A DNA stretch of 64,000 nucleotides from Candidatus Planktophila sp. (GTDB lineage Bacteria > Actinomycetota > Actinomycetes > Nanopelagicales > Nanopelagicaceae). Made by a program: the position numbers and the translations under genes. The DNA is taken from contig JBCKHB010000003.1 of the NCBI GenBank assembly GCA_038906075.1, positions 5,958 to 69,957 of the forward strand. Reading direction: 5' to 3'. Position 1 is the stretch's first letter, and the number at the start of each line of letters is the position of its first letter. Under the pieces are notes generated by a model that saw only the letters and a list, made by a program, of their open reading frames with translations, ran no database searches and was not told the DNA's origin. This document shows, one piece after another, positions 17,596 through 28,949 of the stretch.

Positions 17596-19707
17596 ATGAG
17601 CGCCTCGGATTTCGTACTTCCAGAAGGCGCGCCCGATGAAGTAATTACTAACGCACTAGTGCGCGAGGTCGACCTCAGTGCATTTGGCGGAAAAGGAAGC
17701 CTTGCCTTAATCACTTTAGATAATGGCCAAGATTATACTCGTCCAAATACTTTTGGTGCCAAATCTCTTGCCGCACTCGATGCCGCAATTACCGATGCAA
17801 TAGCACGCCAGCCAGTTGCGATTGCTATTACTGGTAAGCCATTTATTTTTGCCGCAGGAGCAGACCTATCTGCACTCTCATTTTTAACTAAACGCGAACA
17901 ATCCCTTGCAATTGGCAAATTTGGTCACGATGTATTTCGCAGACTAGGTGAAAGTGAAATTCCTACTTTTGCTTTTATAAATGGCCTGGCTCTCGGTGGT
18001 GGACTTGAAGTTGGCTTGCACTGCAAATATCGCACTCTTGCAACTACCGCCTTTACAGCCCTACCTGAAGTTTTCTTAGGTTTAGTCCCAGGTTGGGGCG
18101 GTGCGACTTTATTGCCAAAACTAATTGGGCCAGAACGCGCAGTCCAAGTAATTATGTTAAATGCCCTCAATAACAACACCATGATGAAAGCAAAAGATGC
18201 ACTGACACTTGGCGTGGTAGATGCAGTCTTTGAACCATCAGATTTTCTAGAGCGCTCTGTTGCTTTTGCAGTATCGGTGCTAACTGGTTCTACCAAAATT
18301 ACCCGCACCGATTATTCGGGCGATGCCAATTGGGATAAAGCACTAGCAACTGGGCGCGCGGCGGCTCTTAAAAAATACGGTGGCGCCGAAATCGCAGCAC
18401 CAATGAAAGCTCTCGAACTAATTGGCGCATCTCGCACTGCCACAAATGGCCAAGGCTTTGATGCCGAAGACCAAGTTCTATCGGAATTGGTAATGAGTGA
18501 TCCACTTCGCGCATCTCTTTATGCCTTTAATTTAATTCAAAAAAAGCGCAAAAAAGTAGAAGGTGCACCTAAACCCGCCCTTGCTCGCAAGGTGGCTAAA
18601 GTTGGCGTAGTCGGTGCTGGCTTAATGGCTTCACAGTTAGCTCTAATTTTGTTGCGCAATTTAAAGACTCCAGTCGTTATGACCGATATAGACCAAGAAC
18701 GCGCCGATAAAGGTGTGGCTTGGGTGAAAAATGAATTAGCAAAATTAGTCGAGAAGAAAAGAATGAGCGCTGAAGCCGCTGGGCGTTTGGCACTTCTCAT
18801 TTCAGGTTCATCAGATCAAAGCGTCTTTGTAGGTTGCGATTTCATAATCGAAGCAATCTTTGAGGAGCTGGGTCTAAAGCAAGAACTATTTAAGAAATTA
18901 GAAACCATTATCTCCCCCGAATGCGTCTTGGCATCTAATACTTCTTCGCTATCGGTAGAAAAAATGAGTCAAGGCCTTAAGAACCCAGAACGTGTTATTG
19001 GTTTTCACTTCTTCAATCCAGTCGCAATCATGCCTCTATTGGAAGTAGCACGGACTAGTGCTACCGATGATGCGACAACTGCAACGGCAATTGCAGTGGG
19101 TAAATCACTAAAGAAAACTATGGTGATTACTAAAGACACTCCCGGTTTTGTAGTAAATCGTCTGTTAACTCGATTTATGGGCGAAATCACCGATGCCATG
19201 GATGAGGGAAGCGCCCCTGATGTTGCCGATAATGCGATGCGCGAAATTGGTTTCCCTATGTCGCCCTTTGAATTATTGGGACTAGTCGGTCCGGGGGTTG
19301 CGCTACATGTATCGGAGATTCTCAATAAAAACCTAGGTCCGCGTTATCGCATTTCACCATCGATGCAACGCATGGTTAAAGAAGGTGTTCGAACTTTCTA
19401 TATCAAAAATGGAGACGGAACTTTATCGCCAAACCCAGCCGCCCTTGCTCTGGTTGCAAAAGGTGATAAAGCTTCCACTGGCGAAGAAATTAGATTGCGT
19501 GCCTTAACTGCCATTGCGCAAGAAGCGCGCATGATGCTAGATGAAGGCGTGGTTGCTACCGCTACCGAAATTGATTTGTGTATGTTGATGGGGGCTGGTT
19601 GGCCGATGCATTTAGGCGGGATCTTGCCTTACTTAGATCGGATAGGAATTAGCGATTCTGTTTGCGGTCAACGTTTTCATGCTCCAGGAATTGCATCTCT
19701 TCTTTAA
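17596..19707 (+). CDS. fadB: multifunctional enoyl-CoA hydratase / 3-hydroxyacyl-CoA dehydrogenase
   Basis: FAAGADL and LGGGLE crotonase motifs; GAGLMA, SNTSS, HFFNP HADH motifs. Confidence 0.93.
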   Translation: MSASDFVLPEGAPDEVITNALVREVDLSAFGGKGSLALITLDNGQDYTRPNTFGAKSLAALDAAITDAIARQPVAIAITGKPFIFAAGADLSALSFLTKREQSLAIGKFGHDVFRRLGESEIPTFAFINGLALGGGLEVGLHCKYRTLATTAFTALPEVFLGLVPGWGGATLLPKLIGPERAVQVIMLNALNNNTMMKAKDALTLGVVDAVFEPSDFLERSVAFAVSVLTGSTKITRTDYSGDANWDKALATGRAAALKKYGGAEIAAPMKALELIGASRTATNGQGFDAEDQVLSELVMSDPLRASLYAFNLIQKKRKKVEGAPKPALARKVAKVGVVGAGLMASQLALILLRNLKTPVVMTDIDQERADKGVAWVKNELAKLVEKKRMSAEAAGRLALLISGSSDQSVFVGCDFIIEAIFEELGLKQELFKKLETIISPECVLASNTSSLSVEKMSQGLKNPERVIGFHFFNPVAIMPLLEVARTSATDDATTATAIAVGKSLKKTMVITKDTPGFVVNRLLTRFMGEITDAMDEGSAPDVADNAMREIGFPMSPFELLGLVGPGVALHVSEILNKNLGPRYRISPSMQRMVKEGVRTFYIKNGDGTLSPNPAALALVAKGDKASTGEEIRLRALTAIAQEARMMLDEGVVATATEIDLCMLMGAGWPMHLGGILPYLDRIGISDSVCGQRFHAPGIASLL

Positions 19708-21568
19708 GCGAACTGCTCCATTCAACAATAGAACGCAAAATATGTTGCGTCGTAATTCCAAGATCACTTAATATTTCTGCGCGCTTTGAATGTTCGATGA
19801 ATTCAAGTGGCACCCCGATTGAATGAATTGGTACTTCAAGGGATGCATCCCTAAACATTTCTGAAATGGTGCTGGCAATTCCGCCGTGGCGAATTCCATC
19901 TTCAATAACGACCACACTCTTATAACGGCGCGCCATTGTGATTAAGGATTCGGGCAAAGGCTTAACCCAGCGTGGATCAATTACCGTTACGCCAACACCT
20001 TCACGATATGCCTGTGATGCCGCCTCCACTGCAAGATTTGCCAGCGCTCCGATGCTTACAAGTAATACATCAGCACTTTCCCCGCGATATAAAATATCTA
20101 TGCCATCTCGGCGCTCGAAAGCCGGAATGTCTGCAACGACGGCGCCTTTGGGAAAGCGAATTAAAGTTGGTGCATCGCTGATTTCAACGGCTTCGCGCAG
20201 TAATTCTTTCAATCGTGTGCCATCGCGCGGAGCGCCAACGTGCAAGGTCGGAACAATTCCAGTTAACGCTAAATCCCACATTCCATTATGCGATGGTCCA
20301 TCATCACCAGTTATTCCTGAGCGGTCTAAAACAAAAGTTACGCCAGCTTTGTGCAGCGCCACATCTAAAAGCAATTGGTCGAAAGCGCGATTAAGAAAAG
20401 TTGAATAAACGGCCATAACTGGATGCAGACCTGCAAATGCCATGCCCGCCGCACTTGTTGCACCATGGGCTTCGGCGATACCTACATCGATAGTGCGCTC
20501 GGGAAATTCTGCCTGGAATAAATCTAACCCTGTTGGACCAAGCATTGCTGCAGTTATCGCTACCACATCCTTGCGCACCCGCCCAATTTCAACTAGCTCT
20601 TCGGCGAAAACTTTGGTCCAAGTTGTAACACCTTTACTTAAAGATTCACCCGTTTCGGGATCGACTATTCCTACAGTATGAAATTTTTCAGCTTCATCGG
20701 CAATTGCCGGTTTATATCCACGCCCTTTTTGCGTAATGGTATGAACTAATATTGGTGCGCCATATTGTTTTGCTTGCTCCAACGCTCTTTCCATTGCGGC
20801 AATGTCGTGACCATCTATTGGGCCCATATATTTCAAACCTAAATCCTCAAACATGCCTTGCGGAGCGATAATGTCTTTAATTCCTTTTTTCATTCCGTGC
20901 AAAGTTCCATAAATCGGTCCACCGACAACAGGAGTTTTAGAAAGTACTTCTTTACCCCAATCTAGGAATTTTTCATATCCGCTGGTAACACGAAGCGTTG
21001 AGAGATAAGTTGCCAAACCACCAATAGTTGGTGAATATGAACGCTCGTTATCGTTAATGACAATAATTAAATTACGTTTTTCTTCTGCTGCGATATTATT
21101 TAGGGCCTCCCAACTCATACCACCAGTTAGCGCACCATCGCCAACGACTACGACTACATGGCGATCACTTTCTCCCTTAATTGCAAATCCACGAGATATG
21201 CCATCGCCCCATGAAAGCGCGGTGGAGGCGTGCGAATTTTCAATTACATCATGTTCACTTTCGGCGCGATTTGGATAACCAGCCAAACCACCGCGTTGGC
21301 GCAACAAATCAAAACCACTGGCGCGACCAGTTAAAATTTTGTGAACATAGCTTTGATGTCCGGTATCAAAAAGGATTACATCACGAGGTGAATCGAAAAC
21401 TCTATGTATCGCAATTGTTAATTCAACTACCCCAAGATTTGGACCTAAGTGCCCGCCAGTCTTGGTAACTTTTTCAATTAAAAATTCGCGAATTTCGGCA
21501 GATAAAATATCCAGCGCGCTGTAATCCAATCCAGCTAAATCAGCTGGCGAATGAATCTTTTCGATCAT
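19649..21568 (-). CDS. dxs: 1-deoxy-D-xylulose-5-phosphate synthase
   Basis: GGHLGPNLG, DTGHQSY, GDGALTGG, DVGIAE, YSTFL motifs. Confidence 0.97.
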   Translation of the reverse strand: MIEKIHSPADLAGLDYSALDILSAEIREFLIEKVTKTGGHLGPNLGVVELTIAIHRVFDSPRDVILFDTGHQSYVHKILTGRASGFDLLRQRGGLAGYPNRAESEHDVIENSHASTALSWGDGISRGFAIKGESDRHVVVVVGDGALTGGMSWEALNNIAAEEKRNLIIVINDNERSYSPTIGGLATYLSTLRVTSGYEKFLDWGKEVLSKTPVVGGPIYGTLHGMKKGIKDIIAPQGMFEDLGLKYMGPIDGHDIAAMERALEQAKQYGAPILVHTITQKGRGYKPAIADEAEKFHTVGIVDPETGESLSKGVTTWTKVFAEELVEIGRVRKDVVAITAAMLGPTGLDLFQAEFPERTIDVGIAEAHGATSAAGMAFAGLHPVMAVYSTFLNRAFDQLLLDVALHKAGVTFVLDRSGITGDDGPSHNGMWDLALTGIVPTLHVGAPRDGTRLKELLREAVEISDAPTLIRFPKGAVVADIPAFERRDGIDILYRGESADVLLVSIGALANLAVEAASQAYREGVGVTVIDPRWVKPLPESLITMARRYKSVVVIEDGIRHGGIASTISEMFRDASLEVPIHSIGVPLEFIEHSKRAEILSDLGITTQHILRSIVEWSSSLKEEMQFLEHENVDRKQNR

Positions 21569-21577
21569 GGCTTCATT

Positions 21578-24235
21578 CTAGTCAAGCAATGAGCGAAGTA
21601 CATACTGCATAATTCCGCCATGTCTGTAATAATCGGCCTCACCTGGCGTATCAATGCGTACTTTCGCCATGAAAGTTTTACCATCTGCCACTACAGTTAA
21701 ATCTTTTGGAATTCGGCCATTATTTAGTTCTGTAATTCCTGCAATAGAAAATACTTCACTGCCAGTTAATCCCAAACTCTGTGCGCTTTGCCCATCCATA
21801 AATTGCAAAGGCAGAACACCCATTCCAATTAAATTAGAACGATGGATGCGTTCAAAACTTTGCGCAATGACTGCGCGAACCCCAAGTAGGGCAGTTCCTT
21901 TAGCTGCCCAGTCACGTGATGAGCCAGATCCGTATTCCTTGCCTGCAAGAATTACTAAAGGCACACCGGCGCCTTGATACGCCATCGCTGCATCATAAAT
22001 TGTGCTTTGCTGCCCACCTGATAGAAAGTTGCGAGTAAAGCCACCTTCAATGCCATCTAGTAATAAATTCTTTAAACGAATATTTGCAAATGTTCCACGA
22101 ATCATTACTTCGTGATTTCCACGACGAGATCCATAAGAATTAAAATCTCTGCTATCAATTCCGTGTTCAACTAAATACTTTCCAGCAGGTGAGTCAACTT
22201 TGATGTTTCCAGCAGGTGAAATGTGGTCAGTTGTAACCGAATCACCCAGAATTGCCAGAACCCGTGCACCAGAAATATCTGTTACTGGTGTTGGCTCCTT
22301 CGGCATTCCATCAAAATATGGCGGCTTCCGAACATATGTTGATTTATCATCCCACTCAAAAGTTTTTCCAGTCGGGGTTGCCAATGATTTCCACCGGTGG
22401 TCGCCATCAAAAACGCTGGCATAATCTTTAGTAAACATTGACGATGAAAGAGATTGATCAATCACGTCTTGAATTTCTTGAGGAGTTGGCCATAAGTCTC
22501 TAAGAAATACTGGCTTGCCTTCTGTGTCGTTGCCTAGCGAATCTTTTTCGAAATCATGATCCATAGTTCCAGCAATTGCATAAGCGACAACTAATGGTGG
22601 CGATGCTAAATAACTCATCTTTACATCAGGGTTAATTCGGCCCTCAAAGTTTCTATTTCCAGAAAGCACCGCGCTAACCGCTAAGTCATGTTCATTAACA
22701 GCCTTGCTAATTTCAACTGGCAACGGGCCCGAGTTGCCAATACAAGTCGTGCAACCATAACCAACGAGGTGAAAGCCAAGTTTTTCCATGTATTGCGTTA
22801 AATCTGCCCGATCATAATAATCAGTAACGACTTTAGAGCCTGGCGCTAAAGTTGTCTTTACCCATGGCTTGGATTTCAAGCCCTTTTCTACCGCTTTTTT
22901 AGCGAGCAGAGCTGCGCCAATCATTACCGATGGGTTTGAAGTATTTGTACAAGAAGTAATAGATGCGATAACCACATCGCCATTTTTTATCGTTGTTGCC
23001 TTGGCATTTACATTAATATCTATGGGGTTCTTATTTGTTTTTTCTGAAAAATAGGTTGGCAATATCTTTGCGAATGAATCTTTCGAATCACTCAACGAAA
23101 TACGATCTTGCGGACGCTTTGGCCCAGCAATGCAAGGCACCACTGTAGATAAATCCAATTCGAGGGTTTGCGAAAAGCGCGGCGAAATAAGTGGGTCGTG
23201 CCATAAGCCTTGAACTTTTGCATACTTTTCAACGAGTTCCACTTGGTCTTCACTTCGACCAGTTAAACGCAGGTATCGAAGTGTTTCTTCATCGATTGGA
23301 AAAATTGCACAAGTAGATCCATATTCGGGTGACATATTTCCAATAGTTGCCCGATTAGCCATCGGAACCGATAGAACACCGGGGCCAAAGAACTCAACAA
23401 ATTTTCCAACAACGCCGTGTTTGCGCAAAATTTCAGTAATTGTTAGCGTTAAATCTGTGGCCGTTGTGCCAGTAGGTAATTGGCCAATGAGTTTAAAACC
23501 AACAACGCGCGGAATCAGCATTGAAACTGGTTGTCCAAGCAGCGCGGCTTCGGCTTCTATCCCGCCAACGCCCCAACCCAAAACACCTAAGCCATTAACC
23601 ATCGTTGTGTGCGAATCGGTACCAACGACCGTATCAGGATATGCGCGAATGGTTCCATTTACTGAGCGCGTCATAACGACGCGGGCTAAAAATTCAATAT
23701 TTACTTGATGAACAATTCCTGTTCCCGGTGGTACAACTTTGAAATCATCAAAAGCGCTCTGCCCCCAACGCAAGAAACGATAGCGTTCTTGATTGCGTTC
23801 ATATTCAATATCGGTATTTTTTTCAAATGAATCTCTTGTGCCAAATACATCGGCAACTACTGAATGATCGATGACAAGTTCAGCCGGAACCAATGGGTTT
23901 ACTTTGGCTGGGTCTCCCCCAAGTTCAGCAATTGCCTCACGCATCGTGGCAAAATCTACGATGCACGGCACACCAGTGAAATCTTGCATAATCACACGCG
24001 CTGGAGTGAATTGGATTTCGGTATCAGGTTCAACACTTGGATCCCAATTCGCTAAAGCTCTTATGTGATCGGCCGTTATATTTGCGCCGTCTTCAGTGCG
24101 CAATAAATTCTCAAGTAATATTTTTAGGCTAAAGGGTAAATTAGCTGAGCCTTCGATGCCACTAATATTAAAGATTTCAAAGTTTTTTTCGCCAACCTGA
24201 AAATTCGATTTGGCGCTGAAAGAATTCTTACTCAT
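21578..24235 (-). CDS. acnA: aconitate hydratase A
   Basis: [39 protein letters not shown]. Confidence 0.98.
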   Translation of the reverse strand: MSKNSFSAKSNFQVGEKNFEIFNISGIEGSANLPFSLKILLENLLRTEDGANITADHIRALANWDPSVEPDTEIQFTPARVIMQDFTGVPCIVDFATMREAIAELGGDPAKVNPLVPAELVIDHSVVADVFGTRDSFEKNTDIEYERNQERYRFLRWGQSAFDDFKVVPPGTGIVHQVNIEFLARVVMTRSVNGTIRAYPDTVVGTDSHTTMVNGLGVLGWGVGGIEAEAALLGQPVSMLIPRVVGFKLIGQLPTGTTATDLTLTITEILRKHGVVGKFVEFFGPGVLSVPMANRATIGNMSPEYGSTCAIFPIDEETLRYLRLTGRSEDQVELVEKYAKVQGLWHDPLISPRFSQTLELDLSTVVPCIAGPKRPQDRISLSDSKDSFAKILPTYFSEKTNKNPIDINVNAKATTIKNGDVVIASITSCTNTSNPSVMIGAALLAKKAVEKGLKSKPWVKTTLAPGSKVVTDYYDRADLTQYMEKLGFHLVGYGCTTCIGNSGPLPVEISKAVNEHDLAVSAVLSGNRNFEGRINPDVKMSYLASPPLVVAYAIAGTMDHDFEKDSLGNDTEGKPVFLRDLWPTPQEIQDVIDQSLSSSMFTKDYASVFDGDHRWKSLATPTGKTFEWDDKSTYVRKPPYFDGMPKEPTPVTDISGARVLAILGDSVTTDHISPAGNIKVDSPAGKYLVEHGIDSRDFNSYGSRRGNHEVMIRGTFANIRLKNLLLDGIEGGFTRNFLSGGQQSTIYDAAMAYQGAGVPLVILAGKEYGSGSSRDWAAKGTALLGVRAVIAQSFERIHRSNLIGMGVLPLQFMDGQSAQSLGLTGSEVFSIAGITELNNGRIPKDLTVVADGKTFMAKVRIDTPGEADYYRHGGIMQYVLRSLLD

Positions 24236-24259
24236 CGCGTGCCTTCCACAATTTCAAAA

Positions 24260-24279
24260 GTATCTTGACGTCAAGATAC
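24260..24279. promoter_or_regulatory. perfect 20-bp palindromic operator upstream of acnA
   Basis: GTATCTTGAC-GTCAAGATAC, 25 bp before the acnA start, overlapping a minus-strand TAAGGT -10. Confidence 0.7.
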
Positions 24280-25485
24280 CTTACTTTTGACAAAAAGTGC
24301 AACACATTCGATGTGGTGGGTCATGGGGAATAGGTCAAAGGCCCGTAATTTCTCCAATTCGTACCCGGCCTTTCTTAAATAGGCGCTATCTCGAGCAAGG
24401 GCGGCTGGGTCACATGCCACATAAACAATTGAGCGTGCTCCGATTATGCGCATTTGATCTACTACGCCTTTTCCAGCACCTTCACGCGGTGGATCAAGAA
24501 TAATAACATCGGCGCGGTTAACTCTTGGCAATAATTTTTCAACGTTTCCAGTTATGACTTTAACATTTGGCAGCTCTTTAAAATTTTTAACCGCATCAGC
24601 CGTAGCGCTCTTGCTGCTCTCAATCAAAACAATTTCACCACCATCTCCAACGCCATCAATTGCGCTGGCTGTAAAAAGACCGACGCCACCATACAAATCG
24701 AGCACATGATCACCCATTTTAATATCAGCAAACTCCATAACAACTTGCGAAAGTAATTGCGGAGCACGCAAATGACTCTGCCAAAAAGATTGCTGATTTA
24801 CTTGCAAAGTTTTTCCATTTACTTCTTCAAATAGTATCGGTTCTCCTTCCTGCATACGGGCGTTTGTGACTGGGCTAATTTGCGCTGTTGCAATATTTCG
24901 TGAGCCATCAGAAGAGGTTGCAACCTCAATACGCAAATCAGCTTTCCATTTGCGGGCTGCTAGTTCAGGGAATTTAAGACTGGAAACGCAAATTAAACAA
25001 TCATCGATTGGAATAACTTTATGGCTTCGTGCGCCATAGAAACCTAACTCACCTTTTGCATTTGTCGTAGCGGTAAAACGAGTTCGCCAATGCAGTGGTT
25101 CGCCAACTTCTTCGACTTGGAGATCGATATCCATTTTCGCGATTCGCAAAAATGCTTCTCTAACTACATCGCGCTTTAATTCGCGTTGTCTGGAAATAGA
25201 AATATGTTGGAAATCGCAACCTCCGCAGCCATTTCGATGCGAAAATTTACAAGGCGGAATAACTCGGTCTTTCGATGGAGTTATGACTTCAATAACATCG
25301 CCGCGGTTAAATGAACTTCCGACGCTAGTTATTTCTACGACACATTCTTCACCGGGTATCGCGTGTCTAATAAATATGACAGCCCCATCGAATCGGGCTA
25401 TAAAGTGGCCGCCGTGGGCAACTTTTTCTATGGTCACCTTAATTTTCTGGCCACCCTGCACGCGAGAATCTTTCGTTGGTGCCAT
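24271..25485 (-). CDS. TRAM-domain RNA (uracil-5)-methyltransferase, RlmD/TrmA family
   Basis: TRAM domain, C...CGGC Fe-S motif, FWQ, DLYGGVG, LDPPR, YVACDP, DLFPMTHHIE. Confidence 0.93.
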   Translation of the reverse strand: MAPTKDSRVQGGQKIKVTIEKVAHGGHFIARFDGAVIFIRHAIPGEECVVEITSVGSSFNRGDVIEVITPSKDRVIPPCKFSHRNGCGGCDFQHISISRQRELKRDVVREAFLRIAKMDIDLQVEEVGEPLHWRTRFTATTNAKGELGFYGARSHKVIPIDDCLICVSSLKFPELAARKWKADLRIEVATSSDGSRNIATAQISPVTNARMQEGEPILFEEVNGKTLQVNQQSFWQSHLRAPQLLSQVVMEFADIKMGDHVLDLYGGVGLFTASAIDGVGDGGEIVLIESSKSATADAVKNFKELPNVKVITGNVEKLLPRVNRADVIILDPPREGAGKGVVDQMRIIGARSIVYVACDPAALARDSAYLRKAGYELEKLRAFDLFPMTHHIECVALFVKSKVS

Positions 25486-25517
25486 GTATATAAGCCTATG
25501 GGTGTAAGTTAATACAT

Positions 25518-26183
25518 GTGCACGTAGTCATTATGGGTTGCGGTCGAGTTGGTTCATCACTTGCCATCGACCTCGAAGCCGCTGGTCATACCGTGGCAAT
25601 CATTGATCAAAACCGAGAATCTTTCCGCCGACTTGGACCTAATTTCATTGGTAGCGCAATTACTGGGATGGGATTCGATAGAGACACGCTCCTTGAAGCC
25701 GGTATTGAAGGCGCATCAGCTTTCGCTGCGGTTAGCAATGGTGATAATTCAAATATTTTAGCTGCTCGTGTTGCGCGTGAGACTTATGGCGTGCCAAATG
25801 TTGTTGCGCGAATTTATGACCCAGGTCGAGCCGAAATTTATCAGCGCCTTGGAATTCCAACTGTCGCAACTGTGACTTGGACAAGTGATCAGATTATGCG
25901 GCGATTAATTCCAGAAGGTTCGCGTTCTGAATGGCGAGACGCAAATGGCTCTGTTCAATTGTGCGAAATGCATCCACACAGAGACTGGTTTGGTGTGCCG
26001 ATTTCAAAAATTGACCAATACACATCAGCGCGCGTTGCTTTCATTACTCGCCTTGGCCAAGGATTAATCCCCAATGAACACACCGTTTTACAAGAAGGCG
26101 ATTTAATTCATTTAATGGTGGCTAACTCAGAAGTTGCCAATACAGAAGCAATGCTTGCCGAATCACCTAAGAGTGCACTATGA
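25518..26183 (+). CDS. trkA: TrkA-family K+ uptake regulatory subunit (CeoB-like)
   Basis: IMGCGRVG RCK_N domain plus RCK_C. Confidence 0.9.
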   Translation: MHVVIMGCGRVGSSLAIDLEAAGHTVAIIDQNRESFRRLGPNFIGSAITGMGFDRDTLLEAGIEGASAFAAVSNGDNSNILAARVARETYGVPNVVARIYDPGRAEIYQRLGIPTVATVTWTSDQIMRRLIPEGSRSEWRDANGSVQLCEMHPHRDWFGVPISKIDQYTSARVAFITRLGQGLIPNEHTVLQEGDLIHLMVANSEVANTEAMLAESPKSAL

Positions 26184-26839
26184 GAATTGCAATCGCAGGT
26201 GCTGGCAATGTTGGGCGAGCCATAGCGCGCGAACTTCTGGCAAACGGTCATCAAGTTTTGCTAATTGATAAAGATCCAAAGGCACTTAAAATGGAGAGCG
26301 TCCCAGAAGCCGACTGGCTAATGGCCGATGCCTGCGAAATAGCAGCTCTAGATAATGCCAATCTACAAACTTGCCAAGTTTTAGTTGCAGCAACCGGTGA
26401 TGACAAAGTTAACTTAGTAACTTCCCTGCTTGGCAAAACCGAATACGGAGTCCCACGCGTTGTTGCCAGAATTAATCACCCGAAGAATGAATGGCTCTTT
26501 GATTCTGCTTGGGGCGTCGATGTGGCTGTATCAACGCCACGAATTATTTCAGCACTCGTAGAAGAAGCAGTCAGCGTTGGCGATGTAGTTCGTTTATTCT
26601 CATTTAAAAAGGGACAAGCAAACTTAGTCGAAATTACTCTGCCCGATACATCTACCTGCATTGGTAAAACAGTTGAGGAAATAGTTCTTCCAGAAGACGC
26701 AACCTTGGCTGTGATAGTCCGCGATGGTCGCGTGATTACAGCAAAAGCACATGATATTTTCGTTGCAGGTGATGAACTTCTCTTTGTTGCATCAACGGCG
26801 GCAGAGGCGCAAATTAAAGCCTGTTTTGTAACTAATTAG
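26180..26839 (+). CDS. trkA: TrkA-family K+ uptake regulatory subunit (CeoC-like)
   Basis: IAGAGNVG, ATGDDKVN motifs. Confidence 0.9.
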   Translation: MRIAIAGAGNVGRAIARELLANGHQVLLIDKDPKALKMESVPEADWLMADACEIAALDNANLQTCQVLVAATGDDKVNLVTSLLGKTEYGVPRVVARINHPKNEWLFDSAWGVDVAVSTPRIISALVEEAVSVGDVVRLFSFKKGQANLVEITLPDTSTCIGKTVEEIVLPEDATLAVIVRDGRVITAKAHDIFVAGDELLFVASTAAEAQIKACFVTN

Positions 26840-27449
26840 TTTGAGCAGGTTTAGTTGTTGGAACCGAACTAATCAACGCCCATGTAGCCCAAAGTGTAAG
26901 AAAATAAAGCGGCAGGCCTAGAAAAATATTTGCAATTCCAAGAGCATTTAAATAACCAAGATGAAACAAAGGAAATTGGACTGCCAGCCTAATTACAAAG
27001 AGCGCAACCCAAACCCAGCCTGCGCGAGTATATACGCGCAAGCGTTCCGGATCTTTTCGCCATTCAAGGTTCTCGCCTAAGATTGGTCCTAGAATCACGC
27101 CGATGATTGGCCACTTCATTAAATTTCCTGCTATATAGAAAAGTGCAAAACCGGTATTTTTCCAAAGACTAGGGGCGAAATAATTTTTAGCACTTCCAGT
27201 CTTCCAAGCAAAAAATGCGCAGAAAATAACTCCGACTAATCCAATTAATACATGTTTGAGAGTATCTTTTCTAATTAAGCGAATTATTGCTAAAACCAGT
27301 GCCGCAACTATTGCTGAAATGGATGCCGCGCTTAGCGAATGTGAAATATTAAAATATAAGAGAAATATAACGGAGGGCAGGGCGACATCAATTATGCCGT
27401 TCTTGCCACCAAGGGCGGCAATAACTTTATCTTTCTCATGCTCTTGCAT
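26832..27449 (-). CDS. DUF3159 family membrane protein
   Basis: ALGG..G, WPIIGV, WRKDP, RLAVQ motifs; synteny with dut/trkA. Confidence 0.85.
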   Translation of the reverse strand: MQEHEKDKVIAALGGKNGIIDVALPSVIFLLYFNISHSLSAASISAIVAALVLAIIRLIRKDTLKHVLIGLVGVIFCAFFAWKTGSAKNYFAPSLWKNTGFALFYIAGNLMKWPIIGVILGPILGENLEWRKDPERLRVYTRAGWVWVALFVIRLAVQFPLFHLGYLNALGIANIFLGLPLYFLTLWATWALISSVPTTKPAQTN

Positions 27450-27892
27450 TACGCACGCCCCGTTGAACCAAAGCCGCCATCGCCTCTATTGGAACCAGGT
27501 AGTTCGCTTACCTCAATAAATTCTGCACGTTCGACTTTTTGGACAACAAGTTGAGCAATTCGATCACCGCGCTTAAATGTAATGGAATCTTTAAGGTCGT
27601 GATTAATTAAAATGACTTGAAGTTCGCCGCGAAAGCCTGCATCAACAGTGCCAGGGGCGTTAACCATGGTTACTCCATGCTTAATCGCAAGACCTGAACG
27701 TGGATGAACAAATGCGGCATAACCATTAGGTAGTGCAATGGCAATTCCAGTTGGTGCAAGTGCGCGCTCACCTGGGGCTAGCGTTAAATCTATTCGAGTA
27801 ACAATATCGGCGCCGGCATCTCCCCCTTTTGCATAGCGCGGAAGTGGAACGCTCGGGTCAAGGCGTGTAATTAAAACTTCCACTGGGCTCAT
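27449..27892 (-). CDS. dut: dUTP diphosphatase
   Basis: GDAGAD, PRSGLA, GTVDAGFRGE, RIAQL, RG.GGFGSTG. Confidence 0.97.
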   Translation of the reverse strand: MSPVEVLITRLDPSVPLPRYAKGGDAGADIVTRIDLTLAPGERALAPTGIAIALPNGYAAFVHPRSGLAIKHGVTMVNAPGTVDAGFRGELQVILINHDLKDSITFKRGDRIAQLVVQKVERAEFIEVSELPGSNRGDGGFGSTGRA

Positions 27893-28473
27893 GGATTAAT
27901 TTCAAATTCAGGATCGACAAAAGCTAAAATTTCGGGCGTTTTCTTAATTGTTTCTAAATATTCTTTAGGGGCATTCTCTAAGAAATGTGACATCGGAACA
28001 ATCACGAAGAGCGCTGAAGCGCGAACAGCGATTGGGCCATCAGGTGAATTAAGCCTGCCTTCTGCAGCTGTATAAACTTTTCGATTGACTTGCCCGGTAA
28101 TTTGCGCACTAATGTACAAAGTAGTACCAATAGGTACGGGCTTAAGAAAATCTGTTTCCAACCGCGCAGTTACCGCGGGCGAGCGAATAAGCCACATTAA
28201 TTTTCCTAGGGCTTCATCAAAGGCTAATGAAAGTAAACCACCGTGAGCTAAACCTGGTGCGCCTTGATGATTTTCTGTAACAGTAAATTGCGCGGTTAGA
28301 TTTGCGCCATCGCCTGCAGCTGCCACTAAATGCAGACCAGTTGGATGTAATTGCCCACAACCAAAACAATGCCCAAAATGTGATGGGATTTTTGTACCAA
28401 TGGGCGGAGCTTTAATATGGCGCTCTGGAATTAGTGCGCCTTCAGGCGGCCTAGTGCTGGGGATGCGACTCAC
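27889..28473 (-). CDS. PaaI family thioesterase
   Basis: CFGCG, HQGAPGLAHGG...DE hotdog motifs; start reassigned to GTG 28473 (TATCCT 6 nt upstream). Confidence 0.85.
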   Translation of the reverse strand: MSRIPSTRPPEGALIPERHIKAPPIGTKIPSHFGHCFGCGQLHPTGLHLVAAAGDGANLTAQFTVTENHQGAPGLAHGGLLSLAFDEALGKLMWLIRSPAVTARLETDFLKPVPIGTTLYISAQITGQVNRKVYTAAEGRLNSPDGPIAVRASALFVIVPMSHFLENAPKEYLETIKKTPEILAFVDPEFEINP

Positions 28474-28514
28474 TTGGCAAGGATACTTGATGAGTATCCG
28501 ATAGCGTAACTCCC

Positions 28515-28949
28515 GTGCCATACCGCGAAGTGATAAGCGCACCACTCTGGTTATTGGCCTTCGTCTACTTCCTTTTTCTTTCTTTGGTGATTGCAATTTG
28601 GGCAGGGCTTGGAAATTTCCCCGCCCTTATTTCATTTATTTTTTTAAGCCTGTCTCTAATTATTATTCGCCAAAAAACAAGAATGATTATTGAAATTAAT
28701 GCAGGCCAATTACGAATAGGTCGGGCTCACATTGAATTGAAGTACTTAAGTGATGCCCAAATTCTTACTACCAAGGAGATGAGTTTAGCGCGTGGCCGCA
28801 ATGGAAATCCAGCAGCTTTTCTTGCAATTCGTTTTTGGACGCCAACTGGAGTGAAAGTTATGCTGCATGATTCCAGAGATAGTACGCCTTATTGGTTAAT
28901 TACCAGCAAAAATTGCGCAAAGTTAGCGAAGGCTCTAAAAGAAAATTAA
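28515..28949 (+). CDS. DUF3093 family membrane protein
   Basis: YRE N-terminus, two TM helices, GRAHI, D.TPYWL motif. Confidence 0.85.
   Translation: MPYREVISAPLWLLAFVYFLFLSLVIAIWAGLGNFPALISFIFLSLSLIIIRQKTRMIIEINAGQLRIGRAHIELKYLSDAQILTTKEMSLARGRNGNPAAFLAIRFWTPTGVKVMLHDSRDSTPYWLITSKNCAKLAKALKEN

Noticed and set aside
19649-19707. 59-bp convergent overlap of fadB and dxs as an antisense system
   Set aside because: Short tail-to-tail overlaps are common throughout this compact window; nothing specific supports regulation.
25518-26839. trkA pair without an adjacent membrane subunit
   Set aside because: The partner transporter may simply be elsewhere in the genome; this cannot be judged from the window.
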